Shown one piece after another: positions 18,321 to 28,357 of a DNA stretch of 64,000 nt. The position numbers were made by a program, and so were the translations under genes. The notes beneath the pieces are model-generated. The model ran no database searches. It saw nothing but the letters and a program-made list of their open reading frames with translations, and was not told the DNA's origin. The stretch's first letter is position 1, and each line of letters opens with the position of its first letter. The stretch comes from a bacterium (lineage in GTDB: Bacteria; Zhuqueibacterota; Zhuqueibacteria; Residuimicrobiales; Krinioviventaceae), in the NCBI GenBank assembly GCA_963675755.2, contig CAXXMD010000003.1, positions 864,001 through 928,000 of the forward strand. The letters are read 5' to 3'.

Positions 18321-18800
18321 TTAAAACATTTTGATAATATAATAATACAACATCATGCCGGAAGCAGCTATTTTCAAACCAATTCCCAGAATTGTGCCTA
18401 CAAATACGCCAAATCCTGCTTTTAATGCATGGTCGCTCTCTTTTCCGGATAACAATTCGCCGGTAAATGCACCAATAAAGGTACCCAAAATCATTCCCCA
18501 GGGTGGGAAAAATATCAATCCCACCAGCAAACCGATTATTGACAACCACAAGCCCAGTTTAGAAGCGCCATATTTTTTTGCTCCCCAAACCGGTGCAATA
18601 TTGTCAAACACGGAAACAAATACCGTGATAATTGCCCAGAATATTAAAAATTTGGGACTGTAAATTTGCCAATCATTCACAAAAGAGATCAGCAAAAGTG
18701 CAGCATAACTAAGTGGTGGGCCCGGTACAATTGGCAGAATACATCCCGCCAACCCAACGATAGAGATCAATAAGCCCAATATGATCAATACAATATCCAT
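18321..18800 (-). CDS. DUF456 family membrane protein
   Basis: GCILPIVPG, GAKKYGAS, glycine-rich TM helices. Confidence 0.85.
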   Translation of the reverse strand: MDIVLIILGLLISIVGLAGCILPIVPGPPLSYAALLLISFVNDWQIYSPKFLIFWAIITVFVSVFDNIAPVWGAKKYGASKLGLWLSIIGLLVGLIFFPPWGMILGTFIGAFTGELLSGKESDHALKAGFGVFVGTILGIGLKIAASGMMLYYYIIKMF

Positions 18801-19600
18801 TATGCATCCCCGTTTTTCCAGGATTTAAAACGATTTTCAATAAACTCGATGGTTTTAGCGTGTTGCTCTTTACCATTGCCCTCTATACTCATGGGCTCAC
18901 CGAATTCAATATAAATTTCTTTTTCCGAATAAATTCCGCCAAAGTCTTTTAACATTTTACCCTGACCCCAGGCATCTGTTTTCAACGCTACCGGAATAAC
19001 CGGTACACCGGCGCGTTTGGCCAGTTTTAAACCAATAGTATTGAAAGTTTCTGGATCAAAAGATTTTGTGCGTGTACGCTGTGGAAAGATAAATACAGAT
19101 GATCCACTATCTAATCTTGCCTGCCCATCATTCATCACAATTGACAGATCTTCGCGGGGATTTTCTCTGCCCACAATAACGGGATTCACACTCATCATTA
19201 CATGCCTGAAAACCGGATAGGTAGCCAGGCTCTTTTTGATTACAAAACTCATATTTCGATAGGGAGTAATGATTGATGATAACGCAAAAGTTTCTAACAC
19301 ACTCATATGATTTGCGGTAAAGACACAAGGAGTAGCCAAATTTTTAATATGGTCCAACCCTGTTATATGAAATTTGCACCCCACACTTTCCAAGGCTTGT
19401 ATTGTAGAATAACTTGATTTGGCCCATTCCTCAACCGTGTACTTGCCTTTTTTAGCAATAGAACTGGCTTTGAAAACAACATTTACAATCTTGCAATAAA
19501 ACACAAATGTGGGAAACAGCTTGGCAAACCAACTGATTTTGGGATTTGTTGTGTGGTACTCTCCATTTTGAACATCAAGAAATTGCGGGGCAGTATTCAT
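18800..19600 (-). CDS. 1-acyl-sn-glycerol-3-phosphate acyltransferase (PlsC family)
   Basis: NHMSVLE (NHX4E variant), IFPQRTR, PVIPVA. Confidence 0.85.
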   Translation of the reverse strand: MNTAPQFLDVQNGEYHTTNPKISWFAKLFPTFVFYCKIVNVVFKASSIAKKGKYTVEEWAKSSYSTIQALESVGCKFHITGLDHIKNLATPCVFTANHMSVLETFALSSIITPYRNMSFVIKKSLATYPVFRHVMMSVNPVIVGRENPREDLSIVMNDGQARLDSGSSVFIFPQRTRTKSFDPETFNTIGLKLAKRAGVPVIPVALKTDAWGQGKMLKDFGGIYSEKEIYIEFGEPMSIEGNGKEQHAKTIEFIENRFKSWKNGDA

Positions 19601-19720
19601 GTATTTTCCTTTGTAATTACGTTCTTTATATAAACTAAAAAATTGCGTATCTTTTTACTTAAATGCAAGTAGAATTTTATTTTTTCATACATTTCAAACA
19701 GATACGAATCCGGAGGTATT

Positions 19721-20701
19721 ATGCAAAAGGTAAAATGGGGAATTTTAGGGACCGGCAATATTGCAAAAAAATTCGCAGAATGCTTAAAATATGTTGATAA
19801 CGCAGAATTATGGGGTGTGGGTTCACGATTCCAGGAATCCGCTGACAATTTTATGACCGATCTCGATATCCCCAAACGGTATTCCAGCTACCAGGCATTG
19901 ATTGACGACCCGGATGTTCAAATCATCTATGTTTCTACACTCAACCACCTGCACTATGAAAACACCCTCGCCTGCCTGAATGCAGGTAAAGCCGTATTGT
20001 GTGAAAAGCCTTTTACCATTAACGCCAAAGAAGCAAAAGAGCTGATAGATCTTTCCAGATCCAAAAATCTCTTTTTGATGCAGGGATTATGGTCCAGATA
20101 TTTTCCCGTTTATGTACAGGTACGTGAATGGCTGCAAAAAGGCACCATTGGAGAGGTGGAAATGCTTACCGTTTCTCATGGATTTAGAGGAGATTTTAAT
20201 CCCAACAGCCGATTGTTTAATCCTGAATATGGTGGCGGAGCCCTGCTGGATGTGGGCATCTATACCCACTCGCTTGCGTCAATGGTACTGGGGCCTGTAA
20301 AATCTGTTCAGGCCAAAGCAGAAATTGGCCCGTCCGGTGTGGATGAGCTTCTTGCTACAATTCTTCACCACGAGAATGGCGGCATTTCCGTTCTGCAATC
20401 GTCTTTCCGTACAAATATGATCAACCAGGCAATTATCATGGGATCGAAAGGCTACATCCGTATTGCCCCGGCGTACTGGCGACCCAGAAAAGTATATCTG
20501 TGCATGAACGGTGAAGAAGAGCAGGAATTCAACATGCAGATTGATTCGCATGGCTTCCAGTTTGAAGCACAGGAAGCACAGGACTGTATGCTTGCGGGTA
20601 AATTAGAAAGCGACATCATGTCCAACGATGAAACATTAGCACTCATGGAATTGTTAGACACTATACGTGATAAAATCGGATTGACATATCCGATGGAATA
20701 G
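19721..20701 (+). CDS. Gfo/Idh/MocA oxidoreductase, tandem paralog 1
   Basis: WGILGTGNIA, LCEKP, GGALLDVGIY. Confidence 0.92.
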   Translation: MQKVKWGILGTGNIAKKFAECLKYVDNAELWGVGSRFQESADNFMTDLDIPKRYSSYQALIDDPDVQIIYVSTLNHLHYENTLACLNAGKAVLCEKPFTINAKEAKELIDLSRSKNLFLMQGLWSRYFPVYVQVREWLQKGTIGEVEMLTVSHGFRGDFNPNSRLFNPEYGGGALLDVGIYTHSLASMVLGPVKSVQAKAEIGPSGVDELLATILHHENGGISVLQSSFRTNMINQAIIMGSKGYIRIAPAYWRPRKVYLCMNGEEEQEFNMQIDSHGFQFEAQEAQDCMLAGKLESDIMSNDETLALMELLDTIRDKIGLTYPME

Positions 20702-20708
20702 GAACGGG

Positions 20709-20805
20709 TCCTCCGGGTGACTGTTGAAGAGTCTATACAATCTCCTTGTCGGAGAGTTTTTAGTTTTTTCAGGATTATGACCTTTTTCAACGATCACCGG
20801 GAGGT
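20709..20805. repeat. ~95-nt imperfect inverted repeat (REPIN/MITE-like)
   Basis: CCTCCGGGTGACTGTTGAAGAGTC pairs with GACCTTTTTCAACGATCACCGGGAGG. Confidence 0.6.
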
Positions 20806-20861
20806 GGATAAGCGCTGTTTATCAATTACAAAAATTAAAAACTCATTTATCCGGAGGTTAT

Positions 20862-21842
20862 ATGCGTAATGTAAATTGGGGTATCATTGGTACCGGTAAT
20901 ATTGCTCATCAGTTCGCCAAAGGGCTGCAACATGCCAATGGTGCGGTCTTGCTGGGTGTAGGTTCCAGGTCACAGCAATCGGCTGATAGCTTTGCCAATG
21001 AATTTGATATTCCCCGGAGCTATGCCACATATCAGGCGCTTATAGACGATCCGGAAATCGATATCGTTTACATATCCACACCCAACAACCTGCATTACGA
21101 AAACACCAAAGCCTGCCTGAACGCCGGTAAAGCGGTACTGTGCGAAAAACCTTTTACCATCAATCTTGAACAGGCCAAAGAACTGGTACAACTTGCAAGG
21201 GACAAGAATCTTTTTTTGATGGAAGCCTTGTGGTCGCGATTCTTTCCTGCATATAAACAAATGCAGGATTGGTTAAAAGCCGGCACCATCGGGAATGTTG
21301 AAATGTTGTCCGCCAATTTTGGATTTTACGCGGATTATGAAGCCGACAGCCGGTTATACGATCCCGAGTTGGGTGGTGGCTCGCTTTTGGATGTGGGCAT
21401 TTACACCCTTGCACTGGCTTTACATGTATTGGGGCCTGTCAAAAGCATTCTGGCGCAGGCTGATCTGAGCAGCTCCGGTGTGGATGAGAACCTTGCCGTT
21501 ATTCTGCAGCACCAAAACAGTGGCACCTCTGTGCTGCAATCGTCATTTCGCACCAACCTGGTGAATCATGCGGCCATCAATGGTACCAAAGGGTACATCC
21601 GTATTCCGGATCCCTTTTGGCAGCCGGGTACACTTAATCTGTGCATGAACGATCAGCAAGAAGAAAAATTTGACTTCCCTTTTCAAAGTGAGGGCTATCA
21701 ATTTGAAGCAGAAGCGGCACAGCAATGCCTGCTTGAAAGAAAAATCGAAAGCGACATTGTACCGCACAAGGACACACTCGAGATTATGGAACTCATGGAT
21801 GCAATCCGTAAAAAAATCGGATTAAAATTTCCGATGGAATAG
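20862..21842 (+). CDS. Gfo/Idh/MocA oxidoreductase, tandem paralog 2
   Basis: Same 326-aa length and motifs; shared ATCCGGAGGT RBS context. Confidence 0.92.
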   Translation: MRNVNWGIIGTGNIAHQFAKGLQHANGAVLLGVGSRSQQSADSFANEFDIPRSYATYQALIDDPEIDIVYISTPNNLHYENTKACLNAGKAVLCEKPFTINLEQAKELVQLARDKNLFLMEALWSRFFPAYKQMQDWLKAGTIGNVEMLSANFGFYADYEADSRLYDPELGGGSLLDVGIYTLALALHVLGPVKSILAQADLSSSGVDENLAVILQHQNSGTSVLQSSFRTNLVNHAAINGTKGYIRIPDPFWQPGTLNLCMNDQQEEKFDFPFQSEGYQFEAEAAQQCLLERKIESDIVPHKDTLEIMELMDAIRKKIGLKFPME

Positions 21843-21964
21843 AAACTGAACACCTCCCGGAGGTCCGGGACCTTGTTGTAAGGATTTATAAATTCATATA
21901 ATTATATTTGATTTAAAAAGGTTTTTTAATACATTTATTTTGAATATAATGGGAGTATAGAAAT

Positions 21965-22255
21965 ATGACCCGCTCTGAAATTCTCAAAATTTTAAAAAAA
22001 TATAAAAAAGATAATTCAAAAAAGTATGGAATTAACAATCTAGGGCTTTTTGGTTCTTATGCCAGAAATTTAGCAGATAATAAAAGTGATATTGATATAA
22101 TGATTGAAACCCGGGAACCCGACATGTATCAATTGGTCCACATTAAAGAAGAACTGGAAACATTATTTAACAAATCTGTTGATATTGTACGAATCCGGGA
22201 AAATATGAATCCCTATTTGAAAAAAAGAATAGACAAAGATGGCCAGTATGTATGA
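21965..22255 (+). CDS. Minimal nucleotidyltransferase (MntA-type antitoxin)
   Basis: GSX10DXD motif FGSYARNLADNKSDID; VDIV; 96 aa. Confidence 0.9.
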   Translation: MTRSEILKILKKYKKDNSKKYGINNLGLFGSYARNLADNKSDIDIMIETREPDMYQLVHIKEELETLFNKSVDIVRIRENMNPYLKKRIDKDGQYV

Positions 22256-22628
22256 CAAAACACTAGTCTGTGATATTCTGTATCAAATATTTGATGCTAC
22301 TCAAAAAGTGAGTCAACGTTTCGAGCCAATAAAAACAGTATCTGATTTTACAGACTCTTCTATGGGTATGGAAAAACTGGATTCAATTTGCATGTTACTA
22401 ATAGCGATTGGTGAAAGTTTAAAAAACATTGATAAAATAACAGACGAAACGCTATTAAAACAATTTCCTGAAATTGATTGGAAAGGCGCCAAAGGGCTGA
22501 GAGACATAATATCACATCATTACTTTGATATCGATGCAGAAGAAATTTTCTGGGTATGCGACAAACACATTCCACCGCTTGCAAAAACAATTGAAAAAAT
22601 AATATCGCACTTGAATTGTAAAAACTAA
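22248..22628 (+). CDS. HEPN (DUF86/HepT-like) RNase toxin
   Basis: IGESLK, FPEIDWK, RX4H motif RDIISHHY; overlaps the MNT stop. Confidence 0.9.
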   Translation: MYDKTLVCDILYQIFDATQKVSQRFEPIKTVSDFTDSSMGMEKLDSICMLLIAIGESLKNIDKITDETLLKQFPEIDWKGAKGLRDIISHHYFDIDAEEIFWVCDKHIPPLAKTIEKIISHLNCKN

Positions 22629-22678
22629 CAAACATAACCTCCGGGGATTGCATAGACTGGCATAAAGGGAGAGCAAGA

Positions 22679-23050
22679 ATGCCTTCAATCATTATAATCT
22701 GTTGTGGACTTGCAATTGCTTCTGTATGGACAGCGGATATAATCAGCGGCAAAAAGTTTGACAAAAAACATGGACTTTTGAAAGCCCGGGATCCGGAAAG
22801 CGGTTCTCTTTTGTTACCGCACTGGATTGCTGAATATTTAACAGCAATCAGCTTAATTGCTGCCGGAATCGGAATGTTAACCAGTCAACCCTGGGCATCT
22901 CCTTTATCTTTTCTTGCTTTGGGTGCGCTGGCGTATACGTCCATAAACAGTCTATCCTGGGCATTGGCAGAAAAAGAGAGACGGACATATGCCATCCCCA
23001 TGTTGATTTGTCTGGCAGGGGTGGTCGTCTCTTTGGTTATGCTGGTTTAG
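22679..23050 (+). CDS. Hypothetical membrane protein (about 4 TM)
   Basis: GGGAG RBS; hydrophobic helices. Confidence 0.7.
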   Translation: MPSIIIICCGLAIASVWTADIISGKKFDKKHGLLKARDPESGSLLLPHWIAEYLTAISLIAAGIGMLTSQPWASPLSFLALGALAYTSINSLSWALAEKERRTYAIPMLICLAGVVVSLVMLV

Positions 23051-23202
23051 CAGAGAAGCTGTTTTTTGTCTGAATTATGATTTATAGGATTTGAGAAATG
23101 ACATGTTTACATTATATTAATAACATATTGGAACCTTATTCTTACAAGTAAATTCAGATTTGGAATCCGAGTTTCTGACATCTAACAAAACACAGTAAAC
23201 AA

Positions 23203-23670
23203 ATGATAGATTACGAAAAATCAAATATCCTATTAGGCAAAGAGTCATCTGAATATCTGCTGATTCTTGTTTATAATTTTACCTATCCAAATTCTACTGA
23301 TTTTTCAGATGGCAACTGGCTAAATACAAGAATCAAAATTAAAGTTGGTGGTTTTACTGCTGATTACGAAGCACTGCTAAGCAATGTAGATTTCTTTTAT
23401 TTTAAAAATGATTTGGAAAAATTATATACTAAACTTGATGGGACCGCAAAATTTAATTGTATTGAAGAATATTTACAAATAAAAATCAAAGGTGATGGGT
23501 TAGGTCGCTTTGCAGCCGATTGTATTGCTATTGACAAACCTGGTTACGGTCATGAATTAAAGTTTAGAATAGAATTTGACCAAACTGAAATCCTAAATAT
23601 GGTTAAAATGATAAATAGTTTATTGGACGAGTTTCCAATAAAAGATATTGAACAAATAGAACGGTATTGA
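23203..23670 (+). CDS. WapI-like immunity protein (orphan)
   Basis: DGNWL..IKVGGF, G.A.F.CIEE.L.I, L.F...FDQT pattern; low GC. Confidence 0.65.
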   Translation: MIDYEKSNILLGKESSEYLLILVYNFTYPNSTDFSDGNWLNTRIKIKVGGFTADYEALLSNVDFFYFKNDLEKLYTKLDGTAKFNCIEEYLQIKIKGDGLGRFAADCIAIDKPGYGHELKFRIEFDQTEILNMVKMINSLLDEFPIKDIEQIERY

Positions 23671-23913
23671 TTCAAACTGCTACATGAATTATTGCCTCTG
23701 GAATTCAACAGGTCTCACCCCTCCGCGATCCTCTGCACCTCTGCGTTAAAATCAAACTCCCGGCCACTTGACTATTTGCTTGTAAAAAACAGACTTTATG
23801 ATTATTATGTTATCATAATCAAGCTTTTAAAATATCTGTATGACAGGGTGCCTGCCACCTTGATCTCTCCTTTTTATTCAAGCTGTGGAAACCAAAAGAA
23901 AGGTGTTTTTTAA

Positions 23914-25056
23914 ATGAAAAGCCAATCAAAGATATTGCCCCTCTTTCTAACAGTCGTATTGTTGTTACTTTCAAGCATACAAGTCATTGCATACGATGGA
24001 CTACAACCGGGCCTGGGGACCTTGCCCTTGCTGGGCCAGGGAACAACCCGTTCTATTTCTGCAGAGAATCCAACCGGTGAAAAGGGCAAGGGCGGCATGG
24101 CAATCCCTGATCCTACCGATCCCAAACCTGCCACTGCTGCCAGAGCTGCGGACGATCTGGGACAAGGTTGGAAAGTCCGCCCGTTCATCAGAGTGAATGC
24201 GGGCGAGACGGCAACGCTGATGGATGTATCCGGATCGGGTATTATTCAGCATATCTGGATGGTGGTAGAAGCCTGCAATCGTGGTATGGTTCTGCGGTTT
24301 TACTGGGATGGCGAAGAAACACCATCGGTAGAAGTCCCGGCGACCGAGTTTTTTGCAGTGGGCCATGGCAAAGCGGCACCGGTCAATTCGCTGGCTGTTA
24401 CGGTGAATCCCAGAAACGGCCTGTCCTGTTTTTGGCCCATGCCTTTTCGCAAGCACGCCAGAATCACAATGACCAATGAAACAAACAAAGATGTAGAACT
24501 GGTGGCCTACCAGATCACCTATGTGGAAACCAAAGTCCCGAAAGAAGCAGGCCTGTTTCACGCCCAGTATCGCAAGGCCTCACTGGCAGAGGGCAATCCC
24601 TATACCGTTCTTGACGGTGTCAAGGGACAGGGCCGCTATGTAGGGACCTTTATGGCCTGGACCCAAAGAGAACCCAAATGGTTTGGCGAGGGAGAATTTA
24701 AATTTTACATGGATGGCGATGGCAAATTCCCCACCATCTGCGGTACCGGTACAGAAGACTATTTTCTGGCAAGTTATGGCTTTCCGGGGCTTTATTCAAC
24801 AGCCTATTCCGGATCTGTGCTCAAAGCAGACGAGAATGGTACCATGCCGCAATATTGGAGCGTGTACCGGTGGCACATTCAGGACCCGATCAATTTTGAA
24901 CAGGATTTAAAAATAACTCTTCAAGGTTTGGGATGGGGTAAAAAATACAGAAAACTAACCAAGGATGATATTACCACCGTCGCTTACTGGTACCAGGCAG
25001 AGCCCCATGCGCCGTTCCCCAAACTTCCGGCACTTGAAACCCGACTGCGGGATTGA
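23914..25056 (+). CDS. DUF2961 / GH172 family glycoside hydrolase, secreted
   Basis: Signal peptide; RSISAENPTGEKGKGG, WPMPF, WFGEGE, GTGTEDYF, YRWHIQDP. Confidence 0.9.
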   Translation: MKSQSKILPLFLTVVLLLLSSIQVIAYDGLQPGLGTLPLLGQGTTRSISAENPTGEKGKGGMAIPDPTDPKPATAARAADDLGQGWKVRPFIRVNAGETATLMDVSGSGIIQHIWMVVEACNRGMVLRFYWDGEETPSVEVPATEFFAVGHGKAAPVNSLAVTVNPRNGLSCFWPMPFRKHARITMTNETNKDVELVAYQITYVETKVPKEAGLFHAQYRKASLAEGNPYTVLDGVKGQGRYVGTFMAWTQREPKWFGEGEFKFYMDGDGKFPTICGTGTEDYFLASYGFPGLYSTAYSGSVLKADENGTMPQYWSVYRWHIQDPINFEQDLKITLQGLGWGKKYRKLTKDDITTVAYWYQAEPHAPFPKLPALETRLRD

Positions 25057-25097
25057 TCTGTATTAACAATTTGCGTTCCTGGTGCTTTTAGAATCAG

Positions 25098-25130
25098 AAC
25101 CTCCCGGAGGTCAGGGACCTCCGGGAGGTT
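25098..25130. repeat. Perfect REP-like palindrome
   Basis: AACCTCCCGGAGGTC-AGG-GACCTCCGGGAGGTT; partial copies at 21852 and 22637. Confidence 0.8.
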
Positions 25131-25221
25131 GGTTAATCTCTGCGTTCTCCGCGCCTCTGTGTTAAAAAAATCACCACATCAATGAATGGGGTGGGGTATA
25201 AGCTCCCCACTACTTATAAAC

Positions 25222-25252
25222 AAAAAAAGCCCGAACCAAGTGGTCCGGGCTT
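25222..25252 (-). terminator. Intrinsic terminator
   Basis: AAGCCCGGACCA-CT-TGGTTCGGGCTT plus T tract on the minus strand. Confidence 0.75.
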
Positions 25253-25270
25253 GAACAATTCAAAATACTA

Positions 25271-26269
25271 TCAGTCTTTTCTTGAGAATGCTTCGTCAAA
25301 TACGCCTGAAGGAACGGAATATATAAAGTTTTTCATATATTCGCAGGCATCTTTGGCGCCAAATTCACGGTCCATGCCGGCATCTTCCCATTCAACAGAA
25401 TAAGGACCGGTATAACCAATCTGATTCAGTTTGCGGGTAAGGGCTTCAAAATCAACATCGCCGCGACCTACAGATACAAATTCCCATCCGCGTCCGGGTT
25501 GACCAAAATTCAAATGAGAGCCCAAAATACCGTTTCTGCCATCAAGATTTACAACACAGTCTTTCATGTGGCAATGATAAATGCGGTCTTTGAATTCTTC
25601 CAAAAAGACAACGGGGTCAATTCCCTGCCATACCAGGTGACTGGGATCAAAGTTGAATCCAAAAGATTTACGATGGTTAATCGCTTCCAACGCTTTATGT
25701 GTGGTTACAATATCATAAGCAATTTCAGTGGGGTGTACTTCAAGCGCAAAGTTTACACCGTTTTCTTCAAACACATCCAAAATCGGGTTAAACATTTCAG
25801 CAAAGTACTCGTAACCTTTTTCAATATCTGCCCAATCGTTTGGCGGAAATGAATACAACAGATGCCAAATAGATGAACCCGTAAAACCATTCACTACATC
25901 AACACCTAAATTCTTGGCAGCTTTGGCAGCAGCTTTCATGGATTTAACACCATGCTGGCGTTTCTTTTCTGCATCGCCCGCACAATCTGCAGGTGCAAAA
26001 CCGTCTGAACGACTGTCATTATTAGGATCACAAATCAACTGGCCTGTCAGGTGATTACTGATAGCCCAAACATCCAGTCCATATTTTTTCAAAGTCGCGC
26101 GTTTTTCATCGCAATAGGCTTTATCTTCTGCACCTTTGAATACATCAAAATGGTCGCCCCAGCAGGCAAGTTCCAAACCTTCGTAACCAAATTCTTTAGC
26201 TTTTTGGCAGACAGTTTCCAAAGGCAAATCTGCCCATTGGCCGGTACATAAAGTAATAGGATTGTTCAT
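25271..26269 (-). CDS. Sugar phosphate isomerase/epimerase (xylose-isomerase-like TIM barrel)
   Basis: GQWADL, ELACWGDH, EVHP, FDPSH, HMKD, EWED metal ligands. Confidence 0.9.
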   Translation of the reverse strand: MNNPITLCTGQWADLPLETVCQKAKEFGYEGLELACWGDHFDVFKGAEDKAYCDEKRATLKKYGLDVWAISNHLTGQLICDPNNDSRSDGFAPADCAGDAEKKRQHGVKSMKAAAKAAKNLGVDVVNGFTGSSIWHLLYSFPPNDWADIEKGYEYFAEMFNPILDVFEENGVNFALEVHPTEIAYDIVTTHKALEAINHRKSFGFNFDPSHLVWQGIDPVVFLEEFKDRIYHCHMKDCVVNLDGRNGILGSHLNFGQPGRGWEFVSVGRGDVDFEALTRKLNQIGYTGPYSVEWEDAGMDREFGAKDACEYMKNFIYSVPSGVFDEAFSRKD

Positions 26270-26298
26270 ATTTTCACTCCCTTGTAGATTGCTGTCAA

Positions 26299-27483
26299 TT
26301 ATTTAACCTTTTTTACCCATTTTTGATCACTGTTGCTGCTGTTTACAACAGTTTCAATAAAACACATACCTTCCAGACCGTCATCAACATTGGGGAAATC
26401 CAGTTCCAGTGCGGTTGGTTTGCGGCCTTCCATTTGTGCGCGCATGGTATCTGTACAGTTGAGATAGAGATTCGAGAACGCTTCAATAAACGCTTCTGGG
26501 TGACCCGCAGGAATTCTGCTGGCGCGTTTTGCAGCATCACAAAGATAATCGTTACCACGACGTAAGATCTGAACCGGTTGTCCCTGCTGATAAAAATACA
26601 GATAATTGGGATTTTCCTGGTACCAGCGAATACCGCCTTTGGTACCAAAAACGCGGATGTTTAAATCATTTTCCATACCGGTGCTGATCTGTGATGAATG
26701 CAAAACACCTTTGGCGCCATTGTTATAACGCAGCAGAATGTTAACATCATCATCCAGAACACGGCCTTGAACAAAAGATGTCAGGTCCGCGCAGAGTTCA
26801 TTAATTTTTAAACCAGAGATATAAGCTGCCAGATTTTCGGCATGTGTAGCAATATCACCCAAACAACCACCGGCACCAGCCTGTTTCGGGTCTGTTCTCC
26901 ATTCAGCTTGTTTAGAACCGGCTTCTTCCACTTTGGTCAGCAGCCAGTCTTGCGGATATTCTACAACGATTTTCTGAATTTCGCCCAGTTGACCGCTTTC
27001 AACCATATACTTGGCTTGTTTTACCATGGGATAGCCGGTATAGTTGTGCTGTAAAGAAAAAACTTTACCAGTCTTTTCAACAACGGCTTTTAACTCTTTG
27101 GCTTCTGCAACATCCATAGTCATGGGTTTTTCACAAACCACATGAAAACCTGCTTCTAAAAATGCTTTAGCTATGGGGAAATGCCAGTTATTAGGAGTAG
27201 TAACGGATACAAAATCAATACGTTTATCTTCCGGTAATGCCAGCTCGCCTTTGATCATGTCTTCATAATTTGCATAGGCACGACTGGGATCAATATTCTG
27301 CTCTATACCGGTTTCTTTGGATTTTGCAGGATCAATATCAAACGCACCGGCAACCAATTCATTACGGCCGTCAATACGTGCAGCTTTACGATGGACTTCA
27401 CCAATAAAGGCGCCGGGGCCACCGCCAACCATTCCCATACGCAGTTTACGTACAGCGGCTGAGCTTTCTTTACCCTCTATCAT
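26299..27483 (-). CDS. Gfo/Idh/MocA oxidoreductase
   Basis: GMVGGGPGAFIGEVHR, CEKP, WRTDP, DIATH, GHPEAF. Confidence 0.92.
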   Translation of the reverse strand: MIEGKESSAAVRKLRMGMVGGGPGAFIGEVHRKAARIDGRNELVAGAFDIDPAKSKETGIEQNIDPSRAYANYEDMIKGELALPEDKRIDFVSVTTPNNWHFPIAKAFLEAGFHVVCEKPMTMDVAEAKELKAVVEKTGKVFSLQHNYTGYPMVKQAKYMVESGQLGEIQKIVVEYPQDWLLTKVEEAGSKQAEWRTDPKQAGAGGCLGDIATHAENLAAYISGLKINELCADLTSFVQGRVLDDDVNILLRYNNGAKGVLHSSQISTGMENDLNIRVFGTKGGIRWYQENPNYLYFYQQGQPVQILRRGNDYLCDAAKRASRIPAGHPEAFIEAFSNLYLNCTDTMRAQMEGRKPTALELDFPNVDDGLEGMCFIETVVNSSNSDQKWVKKVK

Positions 27484-27895
27484 TTTACCTCCTTGATAAT
27501 GTTATATGATTATTGAAAAAATTATTCTAAAAAAATGTGGCAAGTCAAATAATATAGTAGCTGTTGTTTGAATTTTCAAGCACTTTGTTTTCAAAAATTT
27601 GGTATAATTATGATTTATTGTTCAAAATCAATTCCACCCGATCTCTTTTTTGCAACATTCCGTCAATAGGTTATATTTCTATCAATAGAATTTGTTTCAA
27701 AGTTTTTTATGATTTTAGTAAAGCAGTATAATATAGTCTCCCCAAACCTCAAAGTCAATTTTTTTATTTTTAACTAATAGTAACTAAAAAAATAACACAT
27801 TTAAAAATCCCCCCTTGTTTTTCAAGGTCTACGAATAAAGAAAATTTTTAATGGATATGGAGCCGGAAAAACCGACCTAAAATCAATAAAAATAC

Positions 27896-27924
27896 TTGAC
27901 TAAATTAAAAAAATGATGTAATTT
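27896..27924 (+). promoter_or_regulatory. Probable promoter for the cold-shock gene (~170-nt 5' UTR)
   Basis: TTGACT-N17-TAATTT. Confidence 0.5.
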
Positions 27925-28100
27925 TTATCGAATTAGTAATGTGCACCAAATCTCCTTGTTACGTTTTGCTGTATGGACACCTTGTATTCCGTCAAAGCAA
28001 TACAATTAGCACATAATTTTTTTTTCAACGATCACCACTTGTGTGTTGGCAGGGTATAACAGGTGTACAATCGTTGTACACATTTTGAAAGGATCTCCAC

Positions 28101-28304
28101 ATGGAAAGAGGTAAGGTAAAATGGTTTAATTCCTCAAAGGGTTTCGGATTCATAACAAAAGAATCTGGTGAAGACATTTTTGTTCACTATTCAGGTATTA
28201 ATGGTGATGGTTTTCGTTCTTTACAAGAAGGGGATTCTGTAGAATTCGAAATTGAGACTACAGACAAGGGACCTCAAGCGGCTAACGTAACGGTGGCACA
28301 ATAA
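28101..28304 (+). CDS. Cold-shock protein (CspA family)
   Basis: [28 protein letters not shown]. Confidence 0.97.
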   Translation: MERGKVKWFNSSKGFGFITKESGEDIFVHYSGINGDGFRSLQEGDSVEFEIETTDKGPQAANVTVAQ

Positions 28305-28328
28305 AAAAAAATTGATATCGAAAAATTT

Positions 28329-28354
28329 GGCCCTGGCAATTGCCAGGGCTTTTT
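28329..28354. terminator. Intrinsic terminator
   Basis: GCCCTGGCA-AT-TGCCAGGGC-TTTTT. Confidence 0.85.
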
Positions 28355-28357
28355 AGT

